DNA from: Nymphaea colorata
Lineage: Eukaryota
Assembly (NCBI RefSeq): GCF_008831285.2
Contig: NC_045138.2
Coordinates: forward strand, 37,696,001-37,760,000
Reading direction: 5' to 3'
DNA: 64,000 nucleotides
The first letter of the stretch is position 1. Every line of letters begins with the position of its first letter. The notes under the pieces are model-generated. The model ran no database searches. It was given only the letters and a program-made list of their open reading frames with translations, and was not told the DNA's origin. A program made the position numbers and the translations under genes. Positions 39,546 through 52,506 of the stretch are shown piece after piece.

Positions 39546-41648
39546 TAGGGATTTATTGTGATTCATGCAATAATCCTTCTCTGTCATAAAAAGGGGAGGG
39601 GAGCGAACGCGGGCAGGGCCTTTTTGAAGGAAAATCTTTTTCTGTTTGGCGACTTCTGCCAATAATTTCAATAAACTGCCTCTACTTTCATATTTTTCTA
39701 ATACAAGGCTCTGGTTTAGAGAAACTTCTCGCAGGGCCTATATATCTTTACTGTGATTTGTTTAACCCAAGTTAGCTGAAAGATTTACTGAGTCGAATCT
39801 AAATAGCCCCAACACCATTTTTATTCTCCTCTGGATAGAAAATAGTTTTCCACTTCAAGAAAGAGTTTACTGTTTTGAAATGACATTCAGCTGTCGTCTC
39901 TACTTTGACGATTAGCAGGAAAACTTTGGCACCTATTTTGAGATCATGGGCAAAAGGTCGAGAACGATTAAAAGATTTCTCCTTGCCTCAAATTTAATTG
40001 GAAGAAGGTGGTGGCTCCTTTAAAATATTTCAAGCTAGATGGCATCTTAAAGATCTGACTCCTGTCCACCACAAAGTAGGAAATAAGAGCTGGATGTTTG
40101 AAATCTAACCCAGAGAGGGGGAGAGAGAGATTGTATGAATAAGGGATCGTTGGCACTTCCAAGAGGCAGATTTTTCTTTTCAGAGAAGGGAAAGATCTAT
40201 TAGCTAGCAGGTGAATTAATTGTCATTTGACAGTAACGGATAGGTTTCATATATGGATACTGATCGATATAAGGAAACTTTATTACATCTAGCTGGATAC
40301 TTTTTCACTCCATTCTTCTAAACTGCGCATTTCTACAAGTTTTTTTTCCATGGCGAGGAATGGTTGATTATTTACTAATGTTGTTTGCTCCTCTAGGTAA
40401 AAACCCCTGCTGAGCCCCTACGGAACCACGGGAAGGACATATATAGATTGCAAATATAATTGTATAGGGACTTGGTCCAGAGTCCTTAGCTTAGCACTCT
40501 TCACAAGTCTGCTCTCGTTACAACAGGGTTTCTTCTACGGGAAATAAGAACCTGTGTCAACAACAGGGGGATCAGGGTGTGAGGACAGAGGTGTTTTTAA
40601 GAAGCGTGATGTCCTTCAATTACCAATTAGTAGAGCAGCAAATTACTTTCCAGTTGTGGTTTAAATGAAGCTACATGTCCTTTTCCTTGTGCACTGTTTT
40701 GTTCCATGAGAAGGTTAATAGCGTGGCAGGGTGGTGGTTGGGATTTCTGACAGTGAGTGTTAATAGGGGAAGCGCCAACCTTCTGCATCCAATAGCCCAA
40801 CTGTGCTGCGATTGATTGGGGTTCTGCCATGGCATTAAATTCCTTTTACAGTTGGTCATCCATTAGCAGCTAATATTTTGCGTTGCTTTGAGCCTTTTCC
40901 AGTGCCAATTGTTGCTACAGCAAACAAGTGAATCAAGTGATCATGGTTAATTTGGGTGGTGGTACTTGAGTGCTGCCTTAAGCTCAAGTGATTAGGCAAC
41001 TTTGTTAAGACAGAGTTGGCTAAAACCATTACCACCCATCTAGATTTTGTTTTCTGGGCTAGCACTAGATAGTACATAGGTCCCCCCAAGTCCATTGCAG
41101 AAAACTGATATACAGTAGCAGTACTGTAATGTAAATGGGGATTGGGAGTGAAGCAAATCAATAGATGCCGCAACACAGGGGGTTCTGACCAAGTGAAGAT
41201 GAACACTTGAGGTATGCAATCCTTTGTGTGGTGTACTGTCTTACCCCCACCACCAGGACAAGGACCCCATAGTTGATCTTGAACAGCTAAGCCCTGTCGA
41301 GTGGCATTTTTCATTTTACTGAAATTTTATACAAGCAGGAAGGCCAATGTTTTCTAGTCCGACAGAGCAGACTTGGAGTTCTACTAAAATCTGCCAAGTT
41401 GGCCAAGCCAAGCTATGTATAATATGCATTTATGGAGGGACAGAGATTAATTCTTTTGAGTAGGGTAGCTCATTCATGCTACATTACATACCCAAAACGG
41501 TAGAACCAGAGAATTGGGATCCAGCCATAAGGGGGGACAAGAGATCGAGTACTCCCGCGCCGTAGTCAAGTATCCCCTCCCCTTATAAAATACCGACATG
41601 TATTCTGTACGGGCCCCACAAATATGTGTTTCTGTAGCAAGGCTTGAA

Positions 41649-41679
<31 letters not shown>

Positions 41680-44600
41680 CATGCTTCAAGTGGATGGTGA
41701 AATTGAATATCTCTGACAGATTCATGAGAAAGACCAGCTGTTAGTGTCGCCAACCAAAGGATGGAACGTTCCTGTTTTGTTTTGAGAAGACAAAAGAGTA
41801 TTGAATGCACATGCCAATGCAAATATCTATGCTTTAACAAAGTGCATTAATAATTTTGCTAAGTGGAGAAACTAAAAGCAAGCCCTGTTAGTATTGAGAA
41901 GATGCAGTTCAGGCAAAGTTGGCATTGAATGTCGGAGGATCCAAGGCATGAGGATGGAATTAAGGAGGAGAAGCACACCATGTGACATTAAAGTAACCAA
42001 AAACTCATTTTTACCTTTTTTTGTTGGCCGTATTTATAGTTTCTTGTGCATAAAAGTAATTGCCTTCAAATATAATTGATACTATGAGTGAAAATAAGAT
42101 ATTGTAGGCTGCTGGAGATGCTTATATAGAGAGTTACATCATTAAAAGTTGATCGTGAATGGGTGATTGAGGGTGACCAATCATAGGAGTAGAGCATGGT
42201 TTACGACTCATATTGGCTTGAGCAAGTAAATTCATAGCATATCTGCATTGGTCCAAGAATAGACCGTTAACAAATTTCATCACTTTAATCTCTAAAAATG
42301 AATGAAGCATGCCAAATCCTTCTCCTGTTGTATTCTAGATTAAGCTTTTCGACGATGGCATGGAAGATAGCATTGTTGTTCCCATGGTAATAATGTCGTC
42401 AACACAAATAAGAAGAAAGAGGTTGTCCCATGTATGACGGCAAATGAAAAATGAAGAATAGGCAATGCTGCCAAAAAAAAAAAAAACCCAATGGCAAGAA
42501 GAAAATTTGTAAATATGTCAAACCCCGCAAGTGCTGACTACTAACTCATAGACACCCAACATGATTTGCAAATGTAACTTGGTTTGGAAGAAACAGTTAA
42601 TTCCAGATGTTGGTCCATGTAAAAATTGTTGAATGAACGCGTAGAAGAAGGCATTCTTCATATGCAAGTTGTTTGATAACCGAGCTGCCTCTAGCAAGAG
42701 CAGCAGTGATGACAGTGCAAATAGTGGCAAGTTTCATGACAGGAGAAAATTGTTCAATAAAATCCAAGCCAAAATTGATTGAATCCACATGCAACAAGCC
42801 TGAATTTGTCCTATATATCAAACGTGCCATCAGCCCTAAGTTTAGTTTCTAAAACCCATTGAACATCCAATAGAATTAGCATTAATCAAACATGGAAAAG
42901 AGAACCATATTTGAGTCTGTTGAAGAGTGGTCATCTCATACTGCACGGCCTGAAACCACCTGGGGTCAAGAAGCGCTTATTTGTAGTTCATCGGCTATCA
43001 AGTTCAGCTGTAAAATATCAGGGATTCGATTTGGAAATGTCGCTTTTGCTGCACATGACCAAGCTGTGCTGACTGCTGAGAATTGGAAGGTGTAGTAAGT
43101 TGAGGAGTAGAAAGTGGAATATGATCATATCGACTTGAAATTGGTCTTAAATGCCATAGGTCCGTCAATGAATGGAGGCTCTGTGCAGTCATAATGAGGG
43201 CTGGCATCATCATCAAAAGAAGAGAGAGATTTCAGGAGGTTGGAACCAACGACATAGAAAGAGCTAAAATATTTTTGTCATGAGAACAAATTTCAGTCCA
43301 TTCAGAGAAAGTTGCCTTAGTGAAATTTTGAACCCTGCTAGTATATATATGTCCTAAGGCCTAAGGGTATGTGAAAGCATCTGTATCCTTTGTACTGATT
43401 GTTGTATCCAAGAAAAACACAGCAGTGATTAAGGGCCGAAGTTGTGCTTGTTGAAATCTTAGGGATTAGGACAGGGTGGTGAATATTGAAAGATAACTAC
43501 AGTCAGGTTCCATGTGAAGTAGGTACTGATAAGGCAAAACCATTTCTAGATCATGTACAGGAAAAGTATTTCCAAACAGTAGTGGAAAAGGCTCCAACCC
43601 AGAATTGAGAAGGCATCCTAGCACGAAATATTGTGGAAAGATCAAATTCAAATTTGCTTCAATGGTGCCTTCAACCTGACCATTTTGAGCTGGTGTGTGA
43701 GGTCGCTATTGTGATATATACTATGATGTTTTACGCTTAAGCAGATAGGCTGGTGTATTTTTGAGCTTATTATCAATGTAGCCGAGCTACATATAGGCTG
43801 GTGTTGGCAGTTGCCCATGCCAGCAACAAATTTTTTACATATTTTTACGTAAATGTCTTACAATTATTTAGTTATTTATATATGTTATGCCCCTTAAAAA
43901 ATGAGAATTTCTACAGGAGTGCCTCATAGCCAAAGTTTCTAGCTTCCTTATACACAATCAGTTTTTTCTACAACAGAAACTTCTTTTTAGTTGAATATTG
44001 ACTTTTAGAATGGTTCATCTGACATGAAAACAATTGTCATCCATTGCAGACCATGAGGAATTGGGATCGATAATATGCATGGTTGAACTTTAATGATTAC
44101 CCACTTTGGGTATGGGTATGGCGAGATGGGTACGTGAGAAGTACCCATGTGACTTAGCTCGGTAGTACTAATAGAAACGTGCCCTGTCTTAGATGTGATA
44201 GAGATGTATCTTAGGTTGACGAGTTAAACTGTTAACAAGAAGCACAAAACAGACATATACAGAAGTTGAGTCCGAAGGTGAGCATGATTTATTTCAAAAA
44301 GTTATGCAATATGCAGGATTGATTAGAGAAAGAAAATAATAAGTAATGCTAATTAATATGGAAAATTCGGTACTCGAGAATAGACACTAATGCTGTTTAC
44401 GTTGGGTTCGATCGAAACTGAAGTTTTTCTTGGAACTGTGAGATGGAGCTGACGCAGCCGCAAATATGAGGTCCTATTGAACTCTATAAGCTTCTAAATT
44501 CTAATATTACATATAGAGAGCAGTTTTGGGAATCTAAGCATCCAGATGGGAATTGTGGCTTTCGACTTTGACATGTCTGTTCATGGTGGATGCCCTCATC

Positions 44601-44735
44601 GCTTGCACAGAATCTGTAAGTTGGTCATGGGAACATTGCAATGAAGGGCCTCAGTACACTCTTTTTAACAGTGTTTCGTGGAAAGTATAATCTCTAGGCG
44701 GACTCTATATCGTGGTCTCAACATGAATACAAAAC

Positions 44736-44776
44736 CAGTGTGAGACAATCAGCTTACAGTGTGAGACAATCAGCTT
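44736..44776. repeat. 21-bp tandem duplication
   Basis: CAGTGTGAGACAATCAGCTT occurs twice. Confidence 0.8.
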
Positions 44777-46240
44777 TGATATGCGATCATCTAAAGGCAT
44801 TGAAATGGTTGTAGCTGATGCTCCATCTTCCAAATTTTTTGGTTATGTAAATGAAACTCTCTTTCCTAGTATTCTGAAAGTTGGCCAATAGACTTTTAAA
44901 GTTTGTTCAACCCAACTCTAAATTCACTTTTAATTTTAGTTTGGCAGGTTATTGATATATCCAAAAGAAGCAAAGTACTAGCAGTCTGCATTCCGCGACT
45001 GAATGTTGTGATCATCTGTGGAGTGGGATCAAATCAGAAGCTTCTGTTTTCCCTCTGCCTGAGCCCAACCAGCCTGATGATCAAGAGGCAAAGAGGCATA
45101 TTGATGAGCTTTGTTCTCCCATCAAGTTAAGCCATGTCGTAAACTCTTAGCCTAGTGAGCCAGAAGTCTTTGCACATCCAGATTGAAAGAAAATTTTCTG
45201 TCAATTGGCCACTTAAACATTGTTTTGCCAATGTGTTTTCTATGGTACTTATCTAATAATTTTCTTACATCTTTTCGTAATTTGTGAATCATGGTTCTGT
45301 CATCAAAATCATCATCTTACAGTTTGGGATCCTTGAATTCTGATTCAAAACCCACTCAAACTTTTCGTTATTTAAATTCCAGTAACAAAAATTGTCTGAC
45401 TCCATTCTCGATCTACTTGTGTAACTAGAAACAAGAGTGGCTGCAGGCAGATGGGCAGTAAAGCTTCGTGTACATCCTTTTATTTTTATCCAAGCCAAGG
45501 TTGGCGATCAGGTGGAGGAAGGTGGACTAAGGAGTTTGACTGCTGATCCCAAAGAAAACTCAAAAGCTTATCTGATACTTCACCCCTAAACATGGTCTGC
45601 CTTCGATCCATTTCAGGGTAGGGCCATTTCTGCAGCTTCGCGCAGACACATCGCCCACCCCTACCGTTCATTCGTCGCTCCCTGTTCATGGCCACAACAT
45701 CCAGATTTTTATTTCCTGTGAAAATCCATTTGAACGTCGGGGGTACTTTCATGTGTTACGCTTTTTTATTTATTAATATCTTAAATTGTTTAATTTTACC
45801 TACTTTTTATATATTGTTCGTTTGTTTAGAAATGTCAATTACTTAGAATCGGTCCATTCTATGCAATTTCTGATTTTTATTACTTGTTCGGACTCGGGTT
45901 CCTTCGTTGGACATGTTCATATCTTCATGGAGCATTTATTATAGAAATTAAATGAAGAAACAAATTAAATTCATATACGGAGAAAAATCATAAGAAAGAT
46001 TGGAAAAAAAATCCTCTCTGGAGAACCCGCTCGCCAGGATTCATTGACTAGCCTCGGTCGGTTTTCTTCTGCAATATTAGGCCTCTCCCCCTCCCCCAAA
46101 AAAAAATCTTTTCTTTCTTTATTTACATAAGAGATAGATTCAGGTAATATCTGGTGCATCTCTCTCTTTTTTGGGCAGTCTTATCTTTACACATATTGCT
46201 GTTCTACAGGAGGGTGAAGGGTCTTTCGAGCACTGTGTTG

Positions 46241-46882
46241 ATGGGCAGGAGGAGGGAGACAATGTCGACGGGTTTCAGTGGAGCTTCGAGGCATCTCATG
46301 GCGCCGGTGGTGATGGCGATGATTGCAAATATGTTCCTCGTCGCCGTTGATGGGCGCGAGTTTGTAGTTGGAGGGAAGGATGGTTGGGTATTGTCACCCA
46401 AACAGCCCTTCAACCACTGGGCCCATAAGCATAGATTCCATATGTCTGATACTCTACGTATGACTCTCTCTCTCTCAACTCTGTTTGTACTTGTAAAGCA
46501 AGGGCATCGGATTGTCTTTCTTTTTGAGAAAGAAATGGTCATGAAGAACAGCCTCGGCTATAAACGACGACGCTTTTGAAAGGCAGATTGCCAGTAACCT
46601 GCTTTCTCTTAGATATCATGTTCCAGGCTTCCAGCTCTCTCTTAGGTATCATGTTCCTCGTTCTTAGTCAAAAAGACTTGGGCAGCTCTCTGCTCAGTCT
46701 GCCATGCATTCGACCGTCACATATAATTGTTATCTAATAAGGAAGTTTGCAACGTACGCACTATAAAAATGAACAGCCAAGCTACTTTTTCATGCTAACA
46801 CCATAGATGTGATTTTCATATTTGAAACCTAGGTACTTCATAACCATTTTAAAAATCATAATGTATAACAAAAAAGTCTTAA

Positions 46883-46941
<59 letters not shown>

Positions 46942-48883
46942 CAAGCCTATTCTTTTGAAGCTCTCCCTTAGGCTGTTCATGCATCACTTTTCTTATAGAA
47001 ACCTGGTAAATGAGACGGTGCAGTACTTATTTCCTCTACTGCAGATTGTTAAATGTGATGGTCAATGCCCTATGGTTTTCCTTTTAATGAATTAAGCCCA
47101 AGGGTCCCTTTTAGTGTTTTTTTTTTCAGTAATAACCCTTGCTAGATTAGAATCCGCTTCTTTTTCTTTTCTATGACGTTATTTCTGTATATCTTTAAAT
47201 TCTACCAGCTTATTCTAATTGATTAATTACATCGAACTTGTTTATGAATACAAGGTACGGTTTCCATGTTCTAAATCGACAAGACCGGCATCTGGTAGAA
47301 AACGCCAGATATTGTACGTAACTCGCTTCTGTTGGTGCACTGCGAGGTTGAGAGATTTAGAGGGTCACTTCACGTGAGCCCGCTGTTTCATCCCATCTTG
47401 GAAACGGCTGGTCTTAGTCTTCCTATGTCGTGTTTTTCCAAGTTCACGAATTTCGAAGTTTCAAAAAACCCATCCCGTGACAAATTCATCACACTATGTT
47501 CATCCAATAAATTCGCTTTCTCGCCACAAAGGCCATGGTTCCACCATTCTCTCTGGTAAAAGTAGCTGCCCAAGTTCGATCCTGATTCTTCCATCTTTCT
47601 TCAAATTAATAAAGGACCTGGCACTTTAATATTCTATGGATCGAAACTTTTGTGTTCGTGGGGCAACACGCCCTTGGATAATCGTGGGTGCATCCTTGGC
47701 ACTCTGTCGATCAGTAATCTATATTAGATGCAGGAAATCCAGACTTTGTGAGATCTTTAATTACGGCTTCATGTTGTTTTTCTTTTTTTTTCTTCTTCCT
47801 GCTGCAGTGTTTAAATACAAGGATGGCGAGGACAGTTTGTTGTTGGTGAATTCTGCCGACTACGGTACCTGCAATACACAGAACCCGATCGAGACGTACA
47901 CGGACGGGAACTCAATCGTTGAACTGGATCACTCAGGACCCTTTTTCTTCATCAGTGGTACTCCCGGACACTGTGAGAAAGGGCAGAAGCTCGTAGTTGT
48001 GGTTCTTTCTGGAAGGAACCACCCTCTCCCACCCTCCTTTCCACCGGAACCGTCATTTCCTCCTACCGAAGCTCCTACTGAACCAGACCCACCAACAGGG
48101 CAACCTCCTCAAGATCAACACTACTCACCAACTGTTGCTCCCACTGGACCGAGCCAGGCACCTGCAAGTGCTCCAACTGAGGCACCAGCTGCCGCACCAA
48201 CTCAGCCTCCCACTGGACCGAGCCAGGCACCTGCAAGTGCTCCAACTGAGGCACCAGCTGCCGCACCACGGTCACCAGGCCGAGCACCAGCTAGCGCTCC
48301 AACTCAGGTACCTGCTGCCGCACCACGTTCACCAGGCCGAGCACCAACTAGCGCTCCAACTCAGGCACCACCTGCCGCACCGCAGTCACCGGACCAAGCA
48401 CCAGCGAGCGCTCCAACTCCGGCACCAGCTGCTGCATTGCGGTCACCAAGCCAAGCACCAGCAAGTGCTCCAACTCAGGCACCAAGCCAAGCACCGACTC
48501 AGGCGCCGAGCTACCCACCCACTCAAGCACCGAGCCAACCACCAACGGTCGCAACACCTCGGCCTCCCACTGCGCCGTACCCACCAAGGCATAAACCCTC
48601 TCCTTCTCCGCCTTGGCCACCTACCACACCAGAAGCACCAACCGCTGCTCCAATCGAACCACCTGTAAGTTGTTGCAGTTCTATACCATCCCAACCAGGC
48701 TCACCTTCTAGCGGACCCGTCACCGAGCCAGAGCCAAGCGCAGACTCAGAGCCGCCTGCTCCAACAGCCCATACTGCTGGTAAGAAGTCCGCCGCTTCTG
48801 CTGCAGTAACTCTTCCGTCAAACATTGCGGTTTTGATACCCATTGCGGTGATGATGATGATCGGTTGGTCGGTAGTTTTCTGA
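46241..48883 (+). CDS. ENODL: Early nodulin-like protein (phytocyanin domain + long AGP-like PAST region + GPI-type C-terminal signal), ~430 aa, 2 exons
   Basis: Exons 46241-46457 and 47808-48883 (phase-1 intron). Signal peptide, then FVVGGKDGW..FNHWAHKHRFHMSDTL|FKY..DSLLLV..C..GPFFFISG..HCEKGQKL (Cys pair kept, Cu-ligand set incomplete), AP/TP/SP repeats and a hydrophobic tail. Alternative start at 46262. Confidence 0.92.
46883..46939. repeat. Compound microsatellite (TC)n(TA)n in the ENODL intron
   Basis: Read directly from the sequence. Confidence 0.95.
48140..48545 (+). repeat. Coding tandem repeats (~57-69 bp units) in the ENODL PAST domain
   Basis: PTGPSQAPASAPTEAPAAAP twice, then about four SP(G/D/S)(R/Q)AP(A/T)SAPT(Q/P)(A/V)P(A/P)AA units. 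Confidence 0.85.
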
Positions 48884-49563
48884 ACGGAAGATATATAGGG
48901 ATTATAATAACTTGCTGATAGAAAGGACGATTTTGTGATTTGGGTACATGTTTGTTCACAATTTAATGGGGAATTGGTGGATGCTAGGTAGTCTGTTTGA
49001 GGGGAGCACCTTTATGCTCACAGTGCAATTCATTCCGTGGACTATTAATTGTTCTCGATCTTTCAGCTATGAGTAAAGTTATATCACTAACTGTCTTCAA
49101 ATATTTTTCAAATTCCTTGAAGAGATTCAGCTTTCACATGTTTAAAAGTTGAGAGAGCATAAAAAGTCACAAAAATTGAAAAGGCAAACAAAATTGAAAA
49201 AAGTAAAGCTGCCTGTGCCCAACTCGAGCTACCATTTGCGCCCTGTGCTCAAATCAAGACATCTTTATCTGATTTACTTAAACTGGTTTGGGTCATGCGT
49301 GTGTCTCTGTATGTGTATTATCTCTGCCTGCACATGAACAGGCTTTCGACTGAAGAATTAATGGCACATGGTTCAAATATGGAGAAAAAGGGGGCTTAGT
49401 CATTTTTGTTGCTGTGTCAGAATGTAAATGGTACAACAGAACTTTTTGCAACTATAGTGAGGGAAACTCTTCCCAATGAACGAAGTTTTCTGATGTTCGA
49501 ATGCATGTCCCGTGGAATATACATGTTAGATCAGGCCCTTGAACAAAATAGAGGAAAAGCATG

Positions 49564-49715
49564 CATGGATCTCACCACATTTAGAAAAAGCCCATGAAGA
49601 AGACAGGAACCGCCATGGATATCACCACTATTAGGTGAAGTCCATGAACAAAACAGAGGAAATTCCATTGATATGACCACCGTCTTCCATAAAATCCTGC
49701 ATGGACAGAAAAGAA
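49564..49715. repeat. Degenerate ~51-bp tandem repeat, 3 copies
   Basis: CATGGAT(C/A)TCACCAC...CCATGAA units at ~49564, ~49614 and ~49665. Confidence 0.6.
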
Positions 49716-51309
49716 AATTGCCTAGATGTTTTTAGACAACAGACATTCCGAAGGTTTAGTATGTCATGATGCGAGCTCGTGCGTGCTTGTGGATCCTTAT
49801 ATTGCCTCCCTTCCAAACGCACAAATCATACCTGCACTTTTCTTTTCCAAAAGAATCTAGGGGAAAACCATCAAATCCTCGTAAGCAAACGACAGTTTCG
49901 GAATTAAACCAGCTGAACAAACTTATTTTTCAGCAGAGGAACAAGAAGGGTAGTTATGCAATTTTTAGAAGGAAGGTAGCACCAAGTATTCTCAATAACT
50001 AAGAATATTGTTCCTTCAGGACAGTGATATATCCAATGCTGGGGGTAACATCCTGATCCCGTTCTTCAGTTTGCTTCAGTCATCACCTTAAGTTCTCAAC
50101 TTGTGCAAATTCTTATGTCATGTTCATACAGAAAAAAGGCCATACAGAAACATAGACAAGTTAACATATTGCAGGATGCCTACAAACACGACATGACATG
50201 AAGTAAATGGGACCTGTTTCTTGGGACTATAGCTGAAGGTGAACAGTTAAATGAAGAATTCCTGGCTTTCTATAGCGGACCACATTTAAAAGTAGTCATT
50301 ACAGTTACCCAAATGCAGGCTAAATCACCACTGAATTTGCCAGTGGCGGGCATCTTACAGCTTGGTTACAAGGTTCGTCTTTGGTGCCAATGCTATAACG
50401 TTATTATATTTGGTTTTGCTTTATCATATATAATCGTATATTTATGTACCGACCTAATTATGCAACGGCGAAACCTGCCTTTTAACCAAAAGTTAGCAGA
50501 AAATGGAAAAATAACGTTAAGAAAGCAATCGGATTCGCAGATAATAGTGTGAAGGTGGGAAGCAAATGCAGGAAAACGCAAAAGCCGATTTGCTCATGCG
50601 GGTACAAGTATTCAAAATAAGCACCAACAAGCGTGGGAGATTACTGAAATGAACGGTCGCTTCATCTCACCCACCTGTAAGAAACTTATTTTGAATTCTT
50701 AGACAATTTTGTTTTTTAATCTAATTAATGTTGTTTTTACAACTACACATTCTTCTTGGTACGTTACGGCCTTAAGGAGGAAAAGCAGGCATATTTAATC
50801 TTGAATTGTTCAACACAGAGGCAGGTAATAGAGTAAATCCATCGAAATTAGGCGCTCTAACAAAAGTTAATGAAAGAAACTGATATACTATGGATAGCCC
50901 AAAACTTTTCAAAGTACGAGAATTGGCCATGCCTTTTTCAATTCCATTATATGGTTGTGCATCAAAGCATATTGTGTTACACTGGATGCCTGAACTGTGC
51001 TTTGGAGTGTGGCTCTTAACGCTGAGGCAGACATGGTTTTGTGGTTTTCATGTTGAAGCCACAAAACCAACTACTTCTGGAGATCATCGTTTCCACAAGA
51101 CATTGTTACAAAGGACATAGTAACGCTCTTCAATGCAGTATCCACAAGCATCAGATCCATCTCATAGTTCCAAGAAAAACTTCAGCGTCCGTGAGAACCA
51201 AGGATAACACCATCAGTATCCACAAGTGTTTCCATATTTATTACCACAAATTTTCTTTCCTTTCCCTAATTAATCCTGCATAACTTTTCCGAATAAATCA
51301 TTGCCACCT

Positions 51310-52506
51310 TCACACTTTAACTTCTGTATGCGCTTTTCTTTGCCTCCTGCTAACCATAATAATCCTGGATTTGTTAATCAATTTAAGGTACTGCTTTCTC
51401 ACATCTAAAACAGGGTGTTTTTCGATCATTGAGCCTTTAGCGAACGCTTCTTTCAGGATGGCAGTGCATGTTCTGTTCTTCAGGGACAAGTAAAAGATAC
51501 TGGGGTGGCGCTCGAATGCTTTTGAAAACTTTTGTGGCAAGCCCAGATACTTACGTAGACAGATGAGCTTCCTTCTTTGAGCAGAGTTCTCAACAAAGAG
51601 AGACAGCAATTCATGCAGAACCCCGACTACATGCTTCTCAGCAATGTCGCTATTTGGATTCAGATGAGACGAGTCCTCATAAGGAGATACATATGGAAGC
51701 TTCTGAAATTCATCCAACCATTTCTCAAGCTTCTTTTTCAGTCGCAAGCCTTTTGATGGGACCAAGGTGAAGGAAGGAGGTGATCCTTCCACATATTTAT
51801 CCCCTCTTGCCAAAGCAATCTTCTGAACGGCTGATAACACAGTTTCTTCAGGTAGAACCCGCAATCCTTTCAGATCATCTTCCATTTCAATTAACTCAAA
51901 ATGACCATAACTATTTAGCAGCTCCAGGTCACCCAAAAATTCATCGGGAAATCCTAAGTACCACTGCAGGCCTCGAATTACCTTCAATGGGAGCATATTC
52001 CCCTTACTCATCAACAACAACTTCTTTAACCTTTCTACGATATTAGAACAATGAGCCTTGTAAACTGCCTGCTCTTCTTTGTCAAGATCAATGGCTTCTT
52101 GGGTTAATCTGAACCATGGGAGGTTGTATTTTTCTCCAGTAAATTCTTCAAAGATACTTGGATATTGTCTAAGGAATGTAGCAACCCTGATAGAAGGAAT
52201 ATCAAATTCATAACCCCTTTTGGAAACAAGTGAAATTGGTATATTTCCACCCTCTTTTTTGATGCAGTTCTTCAAGGAGATAATTGATTTAAGTTCTTGA
52301 GATCTATCTATGAATGGAATACTATCAAGAGACACATCTTTCTTCCACTTCATCTTGACCTCCACATAGTTCACCGTTTGAATATAACAGTGAAACGGTT
52401 TATCCTTGAAAGGCGAGGTGAGTGAAAGCCATTGGTGGATGATCCTTGAATCTAGATGCATTGCATGGTTTGACTTAATTGATGAAAAAAAATGTTTAAG
52501 GAACAT
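51310..52506 (-). CDS. WTF9: PORR (plant organelle RNA recognition) domain protein, WTF9-like organellar group II intron splicing factor, ~398 aa, single coding exon
   Basis: Long ORF with YVEVKMKWKKD, FLRQYPSIFEEF, LPWFRLT, LKKLLLMS, LQWYLGFPD, FQKLPYVSPYED, EKHVVGVLHELLSL, FERHPSIFYLS. The ATG at 52506 directly follows a TGCAG acceptor (52509-52510). PORR family is secure; the orthologue assignment is from memory. Confidence 0.85.
   Translation of the reverse strand: MFLKHFFSSIKSNHAMHLDSRIIHQWLSLTSPFKDKPFHCYIQTVNYVEVKMKWKKDVSLDSIPFIDRSQELKSIISLKNCIKKEGGNIPISLVSKRGYEFDIPSIRVATFLRQYPSIFEEFTGEKYNLPWFRLTQEAIDLDKEEQAVYKAHCSNIVERLKKLLLMSKGNMLPLKVIRGLQWYLGFPDEFLGDLELLNSYGHFELIEMEDDLKGLRVLPEETVLSAVQKIALARGDKYVEGSPPSFTLVPSKGLRLKKKLEKWLDEFQKLPYVSPYEDSSHLNPNSDIAEKHVVGVLHELLSLFVENSAQRRKLICLRKYLGLPQKFSKAFERHPSIFYLSLKNRTCTAILKEAFAKGSMIEKHPVLDVRKQYLKLINKSRIIMVSRRQRKAHTEVKV

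Noticed and set aside
47997..48843. Alternative-frame and antisense ORFs over the ENODL repeats (likewise over PDF1, RHM and PORR)
   Set aside because: Shadow ORFs produced by repetitive or biased codon usage in the real genes.
49750..50680. Possible small exons on the - strand downstream of the PORR gene, suggesting a host gene with PORR nested in an intron
   Set aside because: Splice-like signals exist, but no consistent reading frame or recognisable protein could be assembled; they may be 3'-UTR introns.
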